NCBI GenBank assembly: GCA_039889305.1
Contig: JAVVFV010000002.1
Location: 6,401-70,400 of the forward strand
DNA: 64,000 nucleotides
Direction: 5' to 3'
DNA from: Candidatus Zestomicrobium tamdykulense
GTDB taxonomy: Archaea > Thermoproteota > Thermoprotei_A > Sulfolobales > NBVN01
Shown: positions 1-9,238 of the stretch, in pieces
How positions within the stretch are numbered: position 1 is the first letter of the stretch
Layout of the letters: every line of letters begins with the position of its first letter
Made by a program: the position numbers and the translations under genes
Notes under the pieces: generated by a model
What the model saw: the letters and a program-made list of their open reading frames with translations, nothing else
What the model was told of the DNA's origin: nothing
Databases searched by the model: none

Positions 1-950
1 TAAACACCTATATCAACCCTCTTCATCATTGAAGCTATTATGAATCCTGGCTTTATGTAGTCTTGATCAGCATCAACACCTATAGCGAATGGCGGACCCA
101 TGGTTCTACTCTCCCTAGCTCCTGCCTCAGCAACAGCTTCGAAAATCCCTAAGCCGGTTGCTCCAGCCACGTTATACACTACTATAGCACCCTCACCCAG
201 CATAGCTTCAGTAGCTGTCTTACCCCTCGCAGGGTCGTTGAAAGCACCTGTATATGTGTAGAGTATCTTGATACTGATTTCCTTCCCTGTTTTCTCTCTA
301 AAGATTTCCTGACCATATCTTATGCCCCAGTAGTAACCAGCCTCAAACTTGTAGAGGACAGGTATCTCCATCCCCAACACAACACCAACCGCCGGCTTAT
401 TGTAGTAACCAGCAATCATAGCAGCCAGAGCCCCAACCACAGCACTCCCTTCATGCTCCTTAAACAAAACACTCAACACGTTAGGCTTATCTACGTAGCC
501 ATCAATTATCGCGAAGAGCTGATCCGGGAACTCATCAGCTACCTGTGCTATAGCATCAGTAAGTAAGAACCCAACACCCACAATAACAACACACTCCTTC
601 GAACGAGCCAACGTCCTCAAATTAGGTAAGTAATCTGCTTCAGTCCGGCTCTGCAACTCAGTAAGCGTGAGACCGAAATCTTCAGCTGCTTTACTACCAC
701 CTAAATACGCCATATCATTAAAGCTGAGGTCCCCCCTCCCACCAATATCGTACACTATACAGACCTTAGTAGGGCGAGACACAACCTGAGTCGGAGCTAA
801 AGACAAGATCGCGTAGATTGCTACACCAACAACCACTAACAAAACCACGAGAACCAACACAATAGTTTTAGAGATTCCCCCCGCAACATGAACCAAATAT
901 AACACCTCAATATTATTATTGAGCATCACCTTAAAAAATTTTCTGCTCAT
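1..950 (-). CDS. BMP-family (PnrA/Med-like) ABC-transporter substrate-binding protein; 3' end lies outside the window
   Basis: Hand translation of the minus strand (absent from the ORF track because no stop lies inside the window): MSRKFFKVML.., signal-anchor VLVLVVLLVVVGVAIYAIL, then KVCIVYDIGGRGDLSFNDMAY..DEFPDQLFAIIDG..FAIGVDADQDYIKPGFIIASMMKRVDIGV. The IGG.GD.SFN and GVD.DQ motifs are typical of BMP lipoproteins. Start is ATG 950 (alternative ATG 926). Confidence 0.75.
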   Translation of the reverse strand, partial: MSRKFFKVMLNNNIEVLYLVHVAGGISKTIVLVLVVLLVVVGVAIYAILSLAPTQVVSRPTKVCIVYDIGGRGDLSFNDMAYLGGSKAAEDFGLTLTELQSRTEADYLPNLRTLARSKECVVIVGVGFLLTDAIAQVADEFPDQLFAIIDGYVDKPNVLSVLFKEHEGSAVVGALAAMIAGYYNKPAVGVVLGMEIPVLYKFEAGYYWGIRYGQEIFREKTGKEISIKILYTYTGAFNDPARGKTATEAMLGEGAIVVYNVAGATGLGIFEAVAEAGARESRTMGPPFAIGVDADQDYIKPGFIIASMMKRVDIGV

Positions 951-1335
951 AACATCTGAAAGAAATTACGCATATCATCACATAAAGTAACATACTAGTA
1001 AGAAATTAATCACAATAATACAAATTCGAACAACTACTCAGGAAAAACAACACGAATAAACAACATTTCAGCACCATACTACTCACTACCTTCGTATCAT
1101 CAAGTAAATAATGAGAATTTTTTACTTCCACGAACGCGTATGCGTTACAGCATCAGTAAAGAATGAATTAAAAAGACAAAAACTCATAACCTTCTTGACT
1201 AGTATTTTAGTGATTAGAATAGATGAAGTTGTTGCCACAAAATAACAAAGAACTAAAAGAAGTTGTGTTATAGGGAAGTAATTAAGTTGTTAGAATTTTT
1301 ATTAAAAACTCCTAAGTTTGGGGGATACTTAATGA

Positions 1336-1572
1336 TTATGTAGCACTAGGTTTCTTCTGGAGTTCTTCTATCCTCTTCCTTATTTCGTTTAGTTCAGCTT
1401 CCAGATCTTCTTTCAGTGCTTCTAGGAACCTACGTTCTTCTTCAGTGCTTGATGGGTATCGCCAGTACCACCAAGCAGGCGGCGCCCCGTAATACCACCA
1501 ATACTTCGCTCCGGCCCAGTGTCTATACCTCCACCATGGACACCACCATGGACCCCATGGCATTCTTTTCAT
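1336..1572 (-). CDS. DUF5320-like small protein with a Trp/Tyr-rich N-terminus and a C-terminal coiled coil
   Basis: 78-aa ORF. The C-terminal EEERRFLEALKEDLEAELNEIRKRIEELQK segment resembles DUF5320. The first 40 residues hold 11 W and 6 Y. It is divergent from a DUF134 gene, the usual partner family. Confidence 0.55.
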   Translation of the reverse strand: MKRMPWGPWWCPWWRYRHWAGAKYWWYYGAPPAWWYWRYPSSTEEERRFLEALKEDLEAELNEIRKRIEELQKKPSAT

Positions 1573-1665
1573 CTTTTTGTGACATGTTTCAAAATATATA
1601 CGTTATGGGGGTTTTATAAACTTTTCCATTAAAATAATCTGAGACGATATAGTGCGGGAGAGACT

Positions 1666-1986
1666 GTGAAGGGTTGCTGTCGTAGGCGGAAACGCGGGAG
1701 ATTTGGAAGGAACCCGAAGCCTGTCGTAGTACGTAGCATCCCTCAAGCCACCACACTAAAACCAGAACCTAGTCATTGTGGTGGGGAACCCATATACCTC
1801 GACCTAGCCGAAGTAGAAGCTCTAAAACTCATAGACATCGAGAAACTATCGTTCAGGGAAGCCGAACAATTAATGGGTGTCTCAAGATCTACTATCTGGA
1901 GACTCGTAAACAGCGCTAGAGAAAAAATAGCTAGAGCAATAATCGAGTGTAGAGAAATAAGAATAGAAAAGCCAGAAAATACTTGA
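1666..1986 (+). CDS. DUF134/UPF0251 family DNA-binding protein (sigma-70 region-4-like HTH)
   Basis: GTG start and a basic Cys-containing N-terminus. LDLAEVEALKLIDIEKLSFREAEQLMGVSRSTIWRLVNSAREKIARAI matches the DUF134 HTH core. Confidence 0.7.
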   Translation: MKGCCRRRKRGRFGRNPKPVVVRSIPQATTLKPEPSHCGGEPIYLDLAEVEALKLIDIEKLSFREAEQLMGVSRSTIWRLVNSAREKIARAIIECREIRIEKPENT

Positions 1987-2193
1987 AGGCCTTATGAAGA
2001 CAATCATAACTACACACAACCCTCAACTCCATCAAAGCATGAAACAACAATAGTTCTGCTATTCCTAAGATTTAATGAGGAACTCGCGAGAACCGCGAGT
2101 AGCAGAACAAGCGTTGCTGCCACAACTGGTGAATTAAACGCTAAGTAGGGATTTAAAGCCTCAAAGCTTATTAATTAAGAAACGAATTAAAAG

Positions 2194-2526
2194 CTACCTA
2201 GATACTGTCTTTAATGTTTTGATGTAGAGGAGTTCTTTACTAGTTACTTTAGCTTTCTCCGTCATGTATGATTCTAAGCCGCTTGTTTTTATAGCTTCTA
2301 GAACTTCTTCGTCTGTAGCTCCCTTCCTGATATCTATTTTCTTGTCTGTAGGCTCGATATGGTTTACGTTGACTTTCCTGCGCTTAACTCCAGAAAGATT
2401 CTTAGGTCCAGTCACCAAAACAAAATTCTCGTCAATTATATCGACTACGACGCACTTCCTCCCAGCTTCCCTCCCACACAACTTCACACAAACCCTACCA
2501 ATCTCGATAGCGGGCAACCTAGACAC
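2194..2526 (-). CDS. rpl14e: 50S ribosomal protein L14e (eL14)
   Basis: KOW-like IEIGRVCVKLCGREAGRKCVVVDIID. Follows L34e-cmk, as in crenarchaeal clusters. Confidence 0.85.
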   Translation of the reverse strand: MSRLPAIEIGRVCVKLCGREAGRKCVVVDIIDENFVLVTGPKNLSGVKRRKVNVNHIEPTDKKIDIRKGATDEEVLEAIKTSGLESYMTEKAKVTSKELLYIKTLKTVSR

Positions 2527-2660
2527 CTACATCTAAGACTCTAGTAGAATTATTGAGAGTCCTTTTTAAGCTTATTCAGCACCAAAAACAGTACTCCAGC
2601 ACTTTAAAACAAGAAATTATGGTGTGATGAAGTGTTTAGGTATGCTCACGTACTAACTCA

Positions 2661-3221
2661 CTACCTACACAGAATCTTCAGCTTCGACTCAATCGCTTTC
2701 TTAGATATCTCGAAGGCTTCCTCCGCGTTGAAGCTAGCCGTATTTATCACTAAATCAAAACTACTTAAGTCTTTAATGTCTATGTTGTAGTATGTTTTGA
2801 ATCTCTTCTGCTCAGACTCTTCCCTTAACCTCAGCTCTCTTAAAGCTTCTTCATAACTCTTCTTATCTCTCTCAGCTATTCTCCTAGCTCTCACGTCCTC
2901 AGGAGCTACCAAGTATATCCTGACGTGAGCCATATCCTTAAGTAACCACCCAGCTATGTGTGCATCAATAACTACACACCCCTTACTAGCTTCACTCAAA
3001 GACATCCCATCAACTATCTTATCAATTGAGGGATCCTCCTCAGCAATCCTCGACAACTCACTTAACGTAACTCCTTTCTGAGCAGCTAAACTCCTAAACA
3101 AACCACCAGCTGAAACCATTCTTAAACCAAGCCACTCAGCTATCTTCCTAGCTAACGTAGACTTCCCACTTCCCGGCATCCCGCTAACCGTTACAACTAA
3201 CCCACACAAACAATCACACAA
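2661..3221 (-). CDS. cmk: Cytidylate (CMP) kinase, archaeal type
   Basis: P-loop SGMPGSGKSTLARKIAE. Sits at the conserved position between L34e and L14e. The true start is probably internal, near LVVTVSG. Confidence 0.85.
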   Translation of the reverse strand: MCDCLCGLVVTVSGMPGSGKSTLARKIAEWLGLRMVSAGGLFRSLAAQKGVTLSELSRIAEEDPSIDKIVDGMSLSEASKGCVVIDAHIAGWLLKDMAHVRIYLVAPEDVRARRIAERDKKSYEEALRELRLREESEQKRFKTYYNIDIKDLSSFDLVINTASFNAEEAFEISKKAIESKLKILCR

Positions 3222-3231
3222 TAAGATCCCC

Positions 3232-3507
3232 CTAAGAACCTCTTACAGAATACTTCAACGCGATTGACAAGCAAGAAGGACAGAACACACCACCGAAAAT
3301 TCTTTCAGGCCTCTTAGAAGACTTAGCAACCTTCCTTAAGGAACCAGTAGATGTAGGAACCCCACCTAACCTACTACCACAAACCCCACACACAGCAACA
3401 TGAGGCTTAGATCTCCTGTAATGAATTACGGTCTTACCACCAGGCGTACGCCTCCAGACCCTCCTAAGCGACCTAGACCTCACTGAAGCACCCGACATAC
3501 GCTCCAA
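3232..3507 (-). CDS. rpl34e: 50S ribosomal protein L34e (eL34)
   Basis: RRTPGGKTVIHYRRSKPHVAVCGVCGSRLGGVP, with a zinc-ribbon-like CxxC. Confidence 0.9.
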   Translation of the reverse strand: MERMSGASVRSRSLRRVWRRTPGGKTVIHYRRSKPHVAVCGVCGSRLGGVPTSTGSLRKVAKSSKRPERIFGGVFCPSCLSIALKYSVRGS

Positions 3508-3588
3508 CCATAAACGTTACCATGATTAGCTAAAAAAGCTTTATAGCCTAACATCACACAAAACAGCGAAGCACTAACCACACAAGAA

Positions 3589-4065
3589 CTAAGCAACTCC
3601 CTCACTCCTAATCAGGTCTATGCCAGCAATCCTATTATGCAGTACCTGATAACCAACAAGAGTAGCTAAGAACACAAACAACTCATTCAAGAAGCCCTCA
3701 GAACTCGAGATCACGGGCAGGCTGAGAGGCGAAGGTATTGGCTTACCACCACCGTACGTCAGAACAAAAAACAAGTACATATACTCCGAAATAAGCATAG
3801 AAAAGAAAACACCACCCCACAAAACTAGTAAGTTAATTATGAAGAAGTTACTGAGCCTCCTCCTAAGCTTAGAAGCCCTCTCCTCAAGAATCTTAGCTTT
3901 CTTCTCCTGAGGTCTCAACCCCCTATACTCCTTCTCAATACTCCTCAACTCCCTAGCAACCTCAACCACCTTAAGCCTACTCAACCCTAACCAACCAACT
4001 AAGTAAGACCAGGGAAGCATAGCCACCAAAACACTCATCACGTACAACAAAGTAATCATTCTCAC
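3589..4065 (-). CDS. DUF106 / EMC3-TMCO1-like membrane protein (archaeal YidC/Oxa1-like insertase candidate)
   Basis: Architecture is TM1, then a basic coiled coil (EKEYRGLRPQEKKAKILEERASKLRRRL), then TM2 and TM3. It sits directly after adk in the secY-adk cluster, where DUF106 genes lie in many archaea. Confidence 0.55.
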   Translation of the reverse strand: MRMITLLYVMSVLVAMLPWSYLVGWLGLSRLKVVEVARELRSIEKEYRGLRPQEKKAKILEERASKLRRRLSNFFIINLLVLWGGVFFSMLISEYMYLFFVLTYGGGKPIPSPLSLPVISSSEGFLNELFVFLATLVGYQVLHNRIAGIDLIRSEGVA

Positions 4066-4724
4066 AACCTCTTAACCAACTCAGCCAGAAACCTACCAGC
4101 CTCCTCAGCCCTACCCTCCTCATTCCTCACAATACTCACGGACGCACCAACCAACGTAGCGCTAGCCACAGAAAACATTCTTATGAATTCCATAACCTCC
4201 TTAACCAACCCAACATCACTGTAGTCCTTCCTATACCTACTTAAGTCTCTACTCTGCCTCTCCACCACTAACTGAGGATCAGCCTCAACAACAACTATGG
4301 TGTCAGGCCTTAATTCCTTAATAACATACTCCGGTAAGCCTGGCCAGAAACCAGTAGTTGTTTTTATGACTGCGTGAGTATCCACGAAAACCACAACATC
4401 ACTCCCAGGATACTTCCCAGGAAGTAAGTCTATGTAGTTCCTCATCTCCCTAGCAACTAAGGATTGAACCCTCCTCTGCTCATTCAGCGGGAGACTACGT
4501 ATCTCGTCCCTACTCCTACATATGCTTTTCTCAACAACATACTTAAGCATGAAGTCCCCGTAATTCAGCGTCTCAACAACGTACCCATCATCCTCAAGAA
4601 ACCTCCTAGCATGTGATAACACCGTAGACTTACCAACCCCAGCTACACCAACCACAACAACTACTCTTAATTTATTCCCCACCCTACTCACCAAGCAGCT
4701 TCTTAAGTAGCGGGTATGCCTCAA
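4062..4724 (-). CDS. adkA: Adenylate kinase, archaeal type
   Basis: P-loop VVVVGVAGVGKSTV with NYGDFM. The likely real start is GTG at 4682, 1 nt after the secY stop; the 4724 ATG would overlap secY. Confidence 0.85.
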   Translation of the reverse strand: MRHTRYLRSCLVSRVGNKLRVVVVVGVAGVGKSTVLSHARRFLEDDGYVVETLNYGDFMLKYVVEKSICRSRDEIRSLPLNEQRRVQSLVAREMRNYIDLLPGKYPGSDVVVFVDTHAVIKTTTGFWPGLPEYVIKELRPDTIVVVEADPQLVVERQSRDLSRYRKDYSDVGLVKEVMEFIRMFSVASATLVGASVSIVRNEEGRAEEAGRFLAELVKRL

Positions 4725-6078
4725 GAGCTCTCTCGTAAGTTATCTGAGCATAGAACTGCTGCAGAATACCCACAGCTAACAAAATACCCATACCAGAACC
4801 GTAAACACCGAAAATATCGGCGACCAGAGACACTAAAGCAACTATTATTGAGCTAAGAATAGCTAAAGGATATATGTACTTCGACAAAACAACCTCGAAA
4901 GCTTTAGGATTACTCCTGTGCCCAGGTATTAGTAAGCCAGACCTAGCCAGATTCTCTGCCTGAGCAGAAGGATTAAGACCAGCAACCTCAACCCACATAA
5001 GACCGAAAAGCACAGCCAAACCAACAAGCAGAACCGCATACACACTAACCCTGACCGGATTAATAATCACCTCAAGTAGTGAGGATGGAGGATTAAGATA
5101 ATGCACAGCAGTACCGAAAGCATCAGTAAGCCACGGAACCCCAGCCAAGTAAGAAGAAGCAAGCCTGTAGAAAAGTATTAAGTCAGAAAAGAGAATACCG
5201 ACCAGCAATATAGGTATGTTACTCACGTAAAGAAACTGAAGAGGCATCCCAGACTTAACACCAGGCATCCTGTGCGAGGTTATCGGGATATTGACTTTCA
5301 TGTCCTGCAAATAAACAATAATAACAACCAACACAAAAAGAGCCACGAACCCCACCAAAGAAGGCGCGGTAAGATGCTCAGAACCAGCCACTACTATACC
5401 GAAAACCAACCTATTCATGTCCGGAACACCCCTCTGAAAAACACTCACTAAGTAAGGCACTATGCCGTAGTACTGGTTAGTTCCAGAGATCTCGACTGGA
5501 GCGAGTATAGACCACAAGACAGTCCTAGCAATACCAGCAAGAATAAACAAGCTAACACCAGAACCTATGCCGTACCCCTTCTGCATAGCCTCATCAAGAA
5601 CCATCAGTATCAGAGCACCAGCCAAGAACTGAAGGAAGATAGCAGCAGTCAAGAACATGTTGAGTCTGTAGTAGAGAGCAAAACCAAGACCCTCAACAAC
5701 AGCTATCAAGAGCGCCAAACCCTTCTGACTCTGAGTAAACAACCTCCTATCCTCAGGATCCGTCAAATCCAAATCAATAAGCTTAGCACCAGCAAGTATC
5801 TGAATAATTAAGCCAGCCGTCACTAAAGGACCAATACCCAACTGCGTTAAAGAACCACTCTGCGAAGCAAATATAACGTTTATTAAAGTCGGCAACTGAA
5901 TACCCTGAATATGAGGATACGCAGACAGAGGGAACGCGTAAGTTGAAGACATCAGGTAGAAAACCAGAAGAACCAGGAAAGTATATAATAGTCTCTTACC
6001 TAACTCAGGCTTCCTAACAGGCTTAGGAGTTGAAGGCACATACTCACCAATCCTAGCTAACCAAGACAACATACCCAC
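4684..6078 (-). CDS. secY: Preprotein translocase subunit SecY
   Basis: 464-aa polytopic protein with about 10 TM segments, at the L15-secY-adk position of the spc cluster. Confidence 0.95.
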   Translation of the reverse strand: MGMLSWLARIGEYVPSTPKPVRKPELGKRLLYTFLVLLVFYLMSSTYAFPLSAYPHIQGIQLPTLINVIFASQSGSLTQLGIGPLVTAGLIIQILAGAKLIDLDLTDPEDRRLFTQSQKGLALLIAVVEGLGFALYYRLNMFLTAAIFLQFLAGALILMVLDEAMQKGYGIGSGVSLFILAGIARTVLWSILAPVEISGTNQYYGIVPYLVSVFQRGVPDMNRLVFGIVVAGSEHLTAPSLVGFVALFVLVVIIVYLQDMKVNIPITSHRMPGVKSGMPLQFLYVSNIPILLVGILFSDLILFYRLASSYLAGVPWLTDAFGTAVHYLNPPSSLLEVIINPVRVSVYAVLLVGLAVLFGLMWVEVAGLNPSAQAENLARSGLLIPGHRSNPKAFEVVLSKYIYPLAILSSIIVALVSLVADIFGVYGSGMGILLAVGILQQFYAQITYERALEAYPLLKKLLGE

Positions 6079-6217
6079 TATCTATCCCTAATGAGTAAAA
6101 ACCAGGAAGTTATAAAGCTTAAACGAACCGAAAAACCTACTAAACCACGGGAAAACAAGCTAGTAGGAACGATGAATAGTTACGAAACCAATACTGGCGA
6201 ATCCCGACGCACCCACG

Positions 6218-6685
6218 TTATTGCTGGGAAGTAGTAACTACTACCTCTCCGCCAGCTTCCTTAACCTTCTCTATAGCTGCCTTAGTAGCTCTCGGAGTTA
6301 CTATCTTCATAGGTCTCGTTAAGTTCCCTCCACCGAGGAGCTTATTATAGCCTAACTCCTCTAAATTAATCATTACTAAGTTGTTTTCTATTCTGAGTTT
6401 ATTCTCCTGAAGTAATTCCTTCACCTTCTCAGAAAGTTCCTTAAGATTAATAGCCTTGATCTCCTCCTTCACCATCGTTGGGTTAGGATTCTTGAATCCG
6501 TGCTTACCGAACCAATCAGGGTGGTACTTGACGACCCACGTCCACTTATGCTTATGCAGGCCTGCAGCACCTCTACCTCCTCTACTACCAGCCTTCCTGT
6601 GTTGTCCTACCCTACCGTAGCCGTGTGTTCTACTACCCCTCAACTTCCTGCTCTTCTTATCTTTCCTCACCACCATCAACACCAC
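6218..6685 (-). CDS. rpl15: 50S ribosomal protein L15 (uL15)
   Basis: RKLRGSRTHGYGRVGQHRKAGSRGGRG; operon order. Confidence 0.9.
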   Translation of the reverse strand: MVLMVVRKDKKSRKLRGSRTHGYGRVGQHRKAGSRGGRGAAGLHKHKWTWVVKYHPDWFGKHGFKNPNPTMVKEEIKAINLKELSEKVKELLQENKLRIENNLVMINLEELGYNKLLGGGNLTRPMKIVTPRATKAAIEKVKEAGGEVVVTTSQQ

Positions 6686-6689
6686 CTAA

Positions 6690-7163
6690 CTACATCATTC
6701 TTTGTAGGAGCTTATTTATTTCAGTGCCCCTATACCCTAACTCCCCATCACTACCTATCGGCTTCCTAGTACTCTTCTTGAAGCCACCCTTAGGTGGGTG
6801 AAGTCTGAACACAGGCTTTATGACGTCGTCAAGCTTATGTAGCTGTAGCTCACCATCAATTAACGCTTTCACGAAATCATCAATACTCATACCGTACTTC
6901 TCCTTAATGAATTCCTCCGTGATAGGTTTATTCCCTACTAGCCTACCACGCCTCACCAGCAATTCTTTAAGGGTTTCCTTATCTATCTCTCCCCACGTCA
7001 CCCAATCCTTCACCACAGCCAGCATACCATCGATAGAGGGGTTCTTAGGGTAGATCACAACCATGTACTTCCTAGTTAATCTAAGCTTCCTTAAGGTCTC
7101 AGCAACGTCCGGGAGAACACCGCTACGACCCCGCAACCTAATTATAGCGTAAAGCACGCTCAT
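6690..7163 (-). CDS. rpl30: 50S ribosomal protein L30 (uL30)
   Basis: LYAIIRLRGRSGVLPDVAETLRKLRL; operon order. Confidence 0.9.
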   Translation of the reverse strand: MSVLYAIIRLRGRSGVLPDVAETLRKLRLTRKYMVVIYPKNPSIDGMLAVVKDWVTWGEIDKETLKELLVRRGRLVGNKPITEEFIKEKYGMSIDDFVKALIDGELQLHKLDDVIKPVFRLHPPKGGFKKSTRKPIGSDGELGYRGTEINKLLQRMM

Positions 7164-7795
7164 CAGGAACTACCCCTAATCCAGTCATACGAAGTCACGA
7201 ATTTGTAAGTTCTTCTCAAAGCATCGAATACCGCGTAAGCAAAATTTATGGTTGTTCTTGTCTCGCCCTTAGACCAAGTCCACACGTCCTTTATTCCAGC
7301 ATACCTCAAAACAACCTTACCTACATCACCAGCAACAAGCCCTGTGCCTTTCGGCGCGGGAGCCAGCGTTACCCTGACAGACCCGCTCTTACCCTCCGTC
7401 CTGAACGGCACGCTGTGAGGGTCTGTACATGAACACACCCAACTCCCGCAACCCCTCCTCACAGGCGTTATGTTCAGCTTAGCTTCCCTGAGCGCCTTAT
7501 CTATTGCTTGCCTTATTTGTCTAGCCTTACCAATACCTAGACCTATGTACCCGTCGAAATTACCCACCACAACAACAACCCTGAACTTACTTACCTCGCC
7601 AGCATCAGTCTGTTTCTGAACTATAGCTACGTCAAGAACCTCGTGCTTGAGATTAGGTAGCAGATAATCAACGATCTCAGGCTCCCTAATTATGAGGTTC
7701 TGATCGAATATTTCCTTAATATTAGATATCCTGCCCTCCTTAACCATCCTACCTAACTTAGTCTTCGGAACCCACTCACTCAAAACATCACTCAA
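7163..7795 (-). CDS. rps5: 30S ribosomal protein S5 (uS5)
   Basis: [18 protein letters not shown] with a C-terminal S5 domain. Its stop overlaps the L30 start by 1 nt. Confidence 0.9.
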   Translation of the reverse strand: MSDVLSEWVPKTKLGRMVKEGRISNIKEIFDQNLIIREPEIVDYLLPNLKHEVLDVAIVQKQTDAGEVSKFRVVVVVGNFDGYIGLGIGKARQIRQAIDKALREAKLNITPVRRGCGSWVCSCTDPHSVPFRTEGKSGSVRVTLAPAPKGTGLVAGDVGKVVLRYAGIKDVWTWSKGETRTTINFAYAVFDALRRTYKFVTSYDWIRGSS

Positions 7796-8403
7796 GCTTC
7801 CTCACCTGAAGAAAGTAAGTTAAGTATCTTCTCACGTACTTCCCTAAAGTGTTGAAGTAGGTTATGAGGATCAAGACCTCTCTTCAAGTATTCCCCGAAG
7901 TACCTCCTGAATAAGTCTTCGTTCTCGGAAGAAAGCTTCCTAGCATACTCCGCTATATGCTGACCCTCAATCCTCTCCTGAGAAGGTATAACCTCCTCAG
8001 ACACAGGAATCTGAACACCAGCATCCAGCAAACCCTTCATAGCAGCGAACACGCGAGCACCCTTAGACGCCTTATGAAGTCCTATATCAGGGATTACTTC
8101 CTTCACGTTCTTCTTGATTGCTAAGACTCCTGCTAGGAGTCCCGTCAAGTAAGCTGCTGACGTATTGTTTAAATCACCTAACCACCCGTACTTACGTAAA
8201 GACTTACTACTAACACCAACTACAGTCTCATCACCATTCACTGAAAACTTCACTATCTGAACAATTACCTGCGTATTAGTTTTTCTTATGACTGCCCTTA
8301 ACAACCTCCCTGACTTCACCATCCTGTAACGCTTGTAGTAGTTCGTCTTACCTTCTCTCCTTCTTCTGAAAGGAACCTTATATGTTGGTCCGCGACCCAA
8401 CAC
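7792..8403 (-). CDS. rpl18: 50S ribosomal protein L18 (uL18)
   Basis: [32 protein letters not shown]; 4-nt overlap with S5. Confidence 0.9.
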   Translation of the reverse strand: MLGRGPTYKVPFRRRREGKTNYYKRYRMVKSGRLLRAVIRKTNTQVIVQIVKFSVNGDETVVGVSSKSLRKYGWLGDLNNTSAAYLTGLLAGVLAIKKNVKEVIPDIGLHKASKGARVFAAMKGLLDAGVQIPVSEEVIPSQERIEGQHIAEYARKLSSENEDLFRRYFGEYLKRGLDPHNLLQHFREVREKILNLLSSGEEA

Positions 8404-8855
8404 TACCTCACCTTAATACCTAATTCAGTTAAGTACCTCTTAAGATCTGAGAGGTTCCTGAACATACCTCCCTTAACCCGTAAGTACAGAGCTCTGTATG
8501 TCTTTCTATCAATTACTTCCTCATCCCTCAACCATCTCAAGTACTTCCTAAGCTTCCTGGCAATATAGACGTAGGCTTCCTCCGCATCACTCCTAGACTT
8601 CCTGCTACCCTTCCTCTTCCCGTAACCTCTCCTATGACCCTTCTTCCTCTTCTCGTGAAGTTCTCTCCACCTACCCCTAGAATTTCCTTTAGCTTGCTCA
8701 ACCCAAATAACACCGTTCTCAATCAACCTCCTAACATCTTCTTTAGTCAGCGCTGACTCCACATCCTCCACCCTAGTAGGATCTATCCTAATCCTAGACA
8801 CACCAACCCCAAGAATCTCAGCAGCTAGTCTTTTCTGCAGACTCAAATCACTCAT
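8403..8855 (-). CDS. rpl19e: 50S ribosomal protein L19e (eL19)
   Basis: LSLQKRLAAEILGVGVSRIRIDP with a basic middle region. Confidence 0.9.
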   Translation of the reverse strand: MSDLSLQKRLAAEILGVGVSRIRIDPTRVEDVESALTKEDVRRLIENGVIWVEQAKGNSRGRWRELHEKRKKGHRRGYGKRKGSRKSRSDAEEAYVYIARKLRKYLRWLRDEEVIDRKTYRALYLRVKGGMFRNLSDLKRYLTELGIKVR

Positions 8856-9238
8856 TGCTTCACACCCTCATTCGCAACCAACATACCTAACTCCTTAGCT
8901 TTATTGATTATCTCAGCTCTCTTACGCCTACCCACAGTCCTACCAACATAAACTATCACTTCCGAAGGATTCAGAGACTCAAGCTCCTTAACGTTATGCA
9001 CTACCACAGGCCTCAAACCCGACGGATGAAGCCCTCTCACCTCTCTAGGACTACCGAAACCTGACGAAGGTCTTGGAGGCATCCCCTTAAGCCTTAACCG
9101 CATAGGATTATCTATGCCTTTAGGTCTCCTCCACTTCAGATCATTAATGAACTTCCAGAACTTCCACCACTGATGCCTCAAGAACCTGATCTTCCGCTTA
9201 CTTCTCAATAACTTCAATTTCCTGCTAGCACTACTCAA
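8852..9238 (-). CDS. rpl32e: 50S ribosomal protein L32e (eL32)
   Basis: WWKFWKF..KWRRPKGIDNPMRLRLKG. Confidence 0.9.
   Translation of the reverse strand: MSSASRKLKLLRSKRKIRFLRHQWWKFWKFINDLKWRRPKGIDNPMRLRLKGMPPRPSSGFGSPREVRGLHPSGLRPVVVHNVKELESLNPSEVIVYVGRTVGRRKRAEIINKAKELGMLVANEGVKQ

Noticed and set aside
2082-2091. A shared 10-mer, ACTCGCGAGA, at 2082-2091 and 28192-28201, considered as a possible dispersed repeat or regulatory motif.
   Set aside because: The flanks are unrelated, the core CTCGCGAG is a simple palindrome, and one extra occurrence is within chance expectation.
2053-2110. H/ACA sRNA interpretation of the nested palindrome at 2053-2108, which has an ACA at 2107-2109.
   Set aside because: The inner helix stacks directly on the 3' strand of the outer helix. 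There is therefore no 3' half of a pseudouridylation pocket, and the ACA overlaps the stem.
2264-2536. Numerous ORF-track entries antisense to strong genes. Examples: 1416-1619, 2264-2536, 2359-2544, 6500-6769, 6820-7053, 8537-8722, 9325-9595, 12850-13200, 15044-15460, 16061-16336, 17808-18128, 20640-21560, 23927-24232, 25054-25535, 25786-26745, 27649-27972, 28584-29165, 29333-29638, 34277-35429, 36001-36273, 36857-37528, 39283-39492, 39986-40183, 40869-41273, 41339-41980, 44633-44839, 47850-48131, 50702-51489, 54119-54304, 57183-57368, 59903-60121, 60463-61119, 61621-61860 and 62375-63070.
   Set aside because: Each lies on the opposite strand of a gene with a clear family signature. Their translations are low-complexity (Ser/Leu/Thr/Pro-rich mirror images of a purine-rich coding strand) and they show no motifs. 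They are shadow ORFs.
2624-2630. Isolated perfect or near-perfect box-C heptamers: 2624-2630 (+), 974-980 (-), 1095-1101 (-), 25005-25011 (-), 49381-49387 (+, abutting the tRNA-Thr 3' end) and 49501-49507 (+).
   Set aside because: None has a CUGA D box at the required 36-40-nt distance, or internal D'/C' boxes. Several overlap coding starts or ends. Only the 43160-43220 locus satisfies the full architecture.
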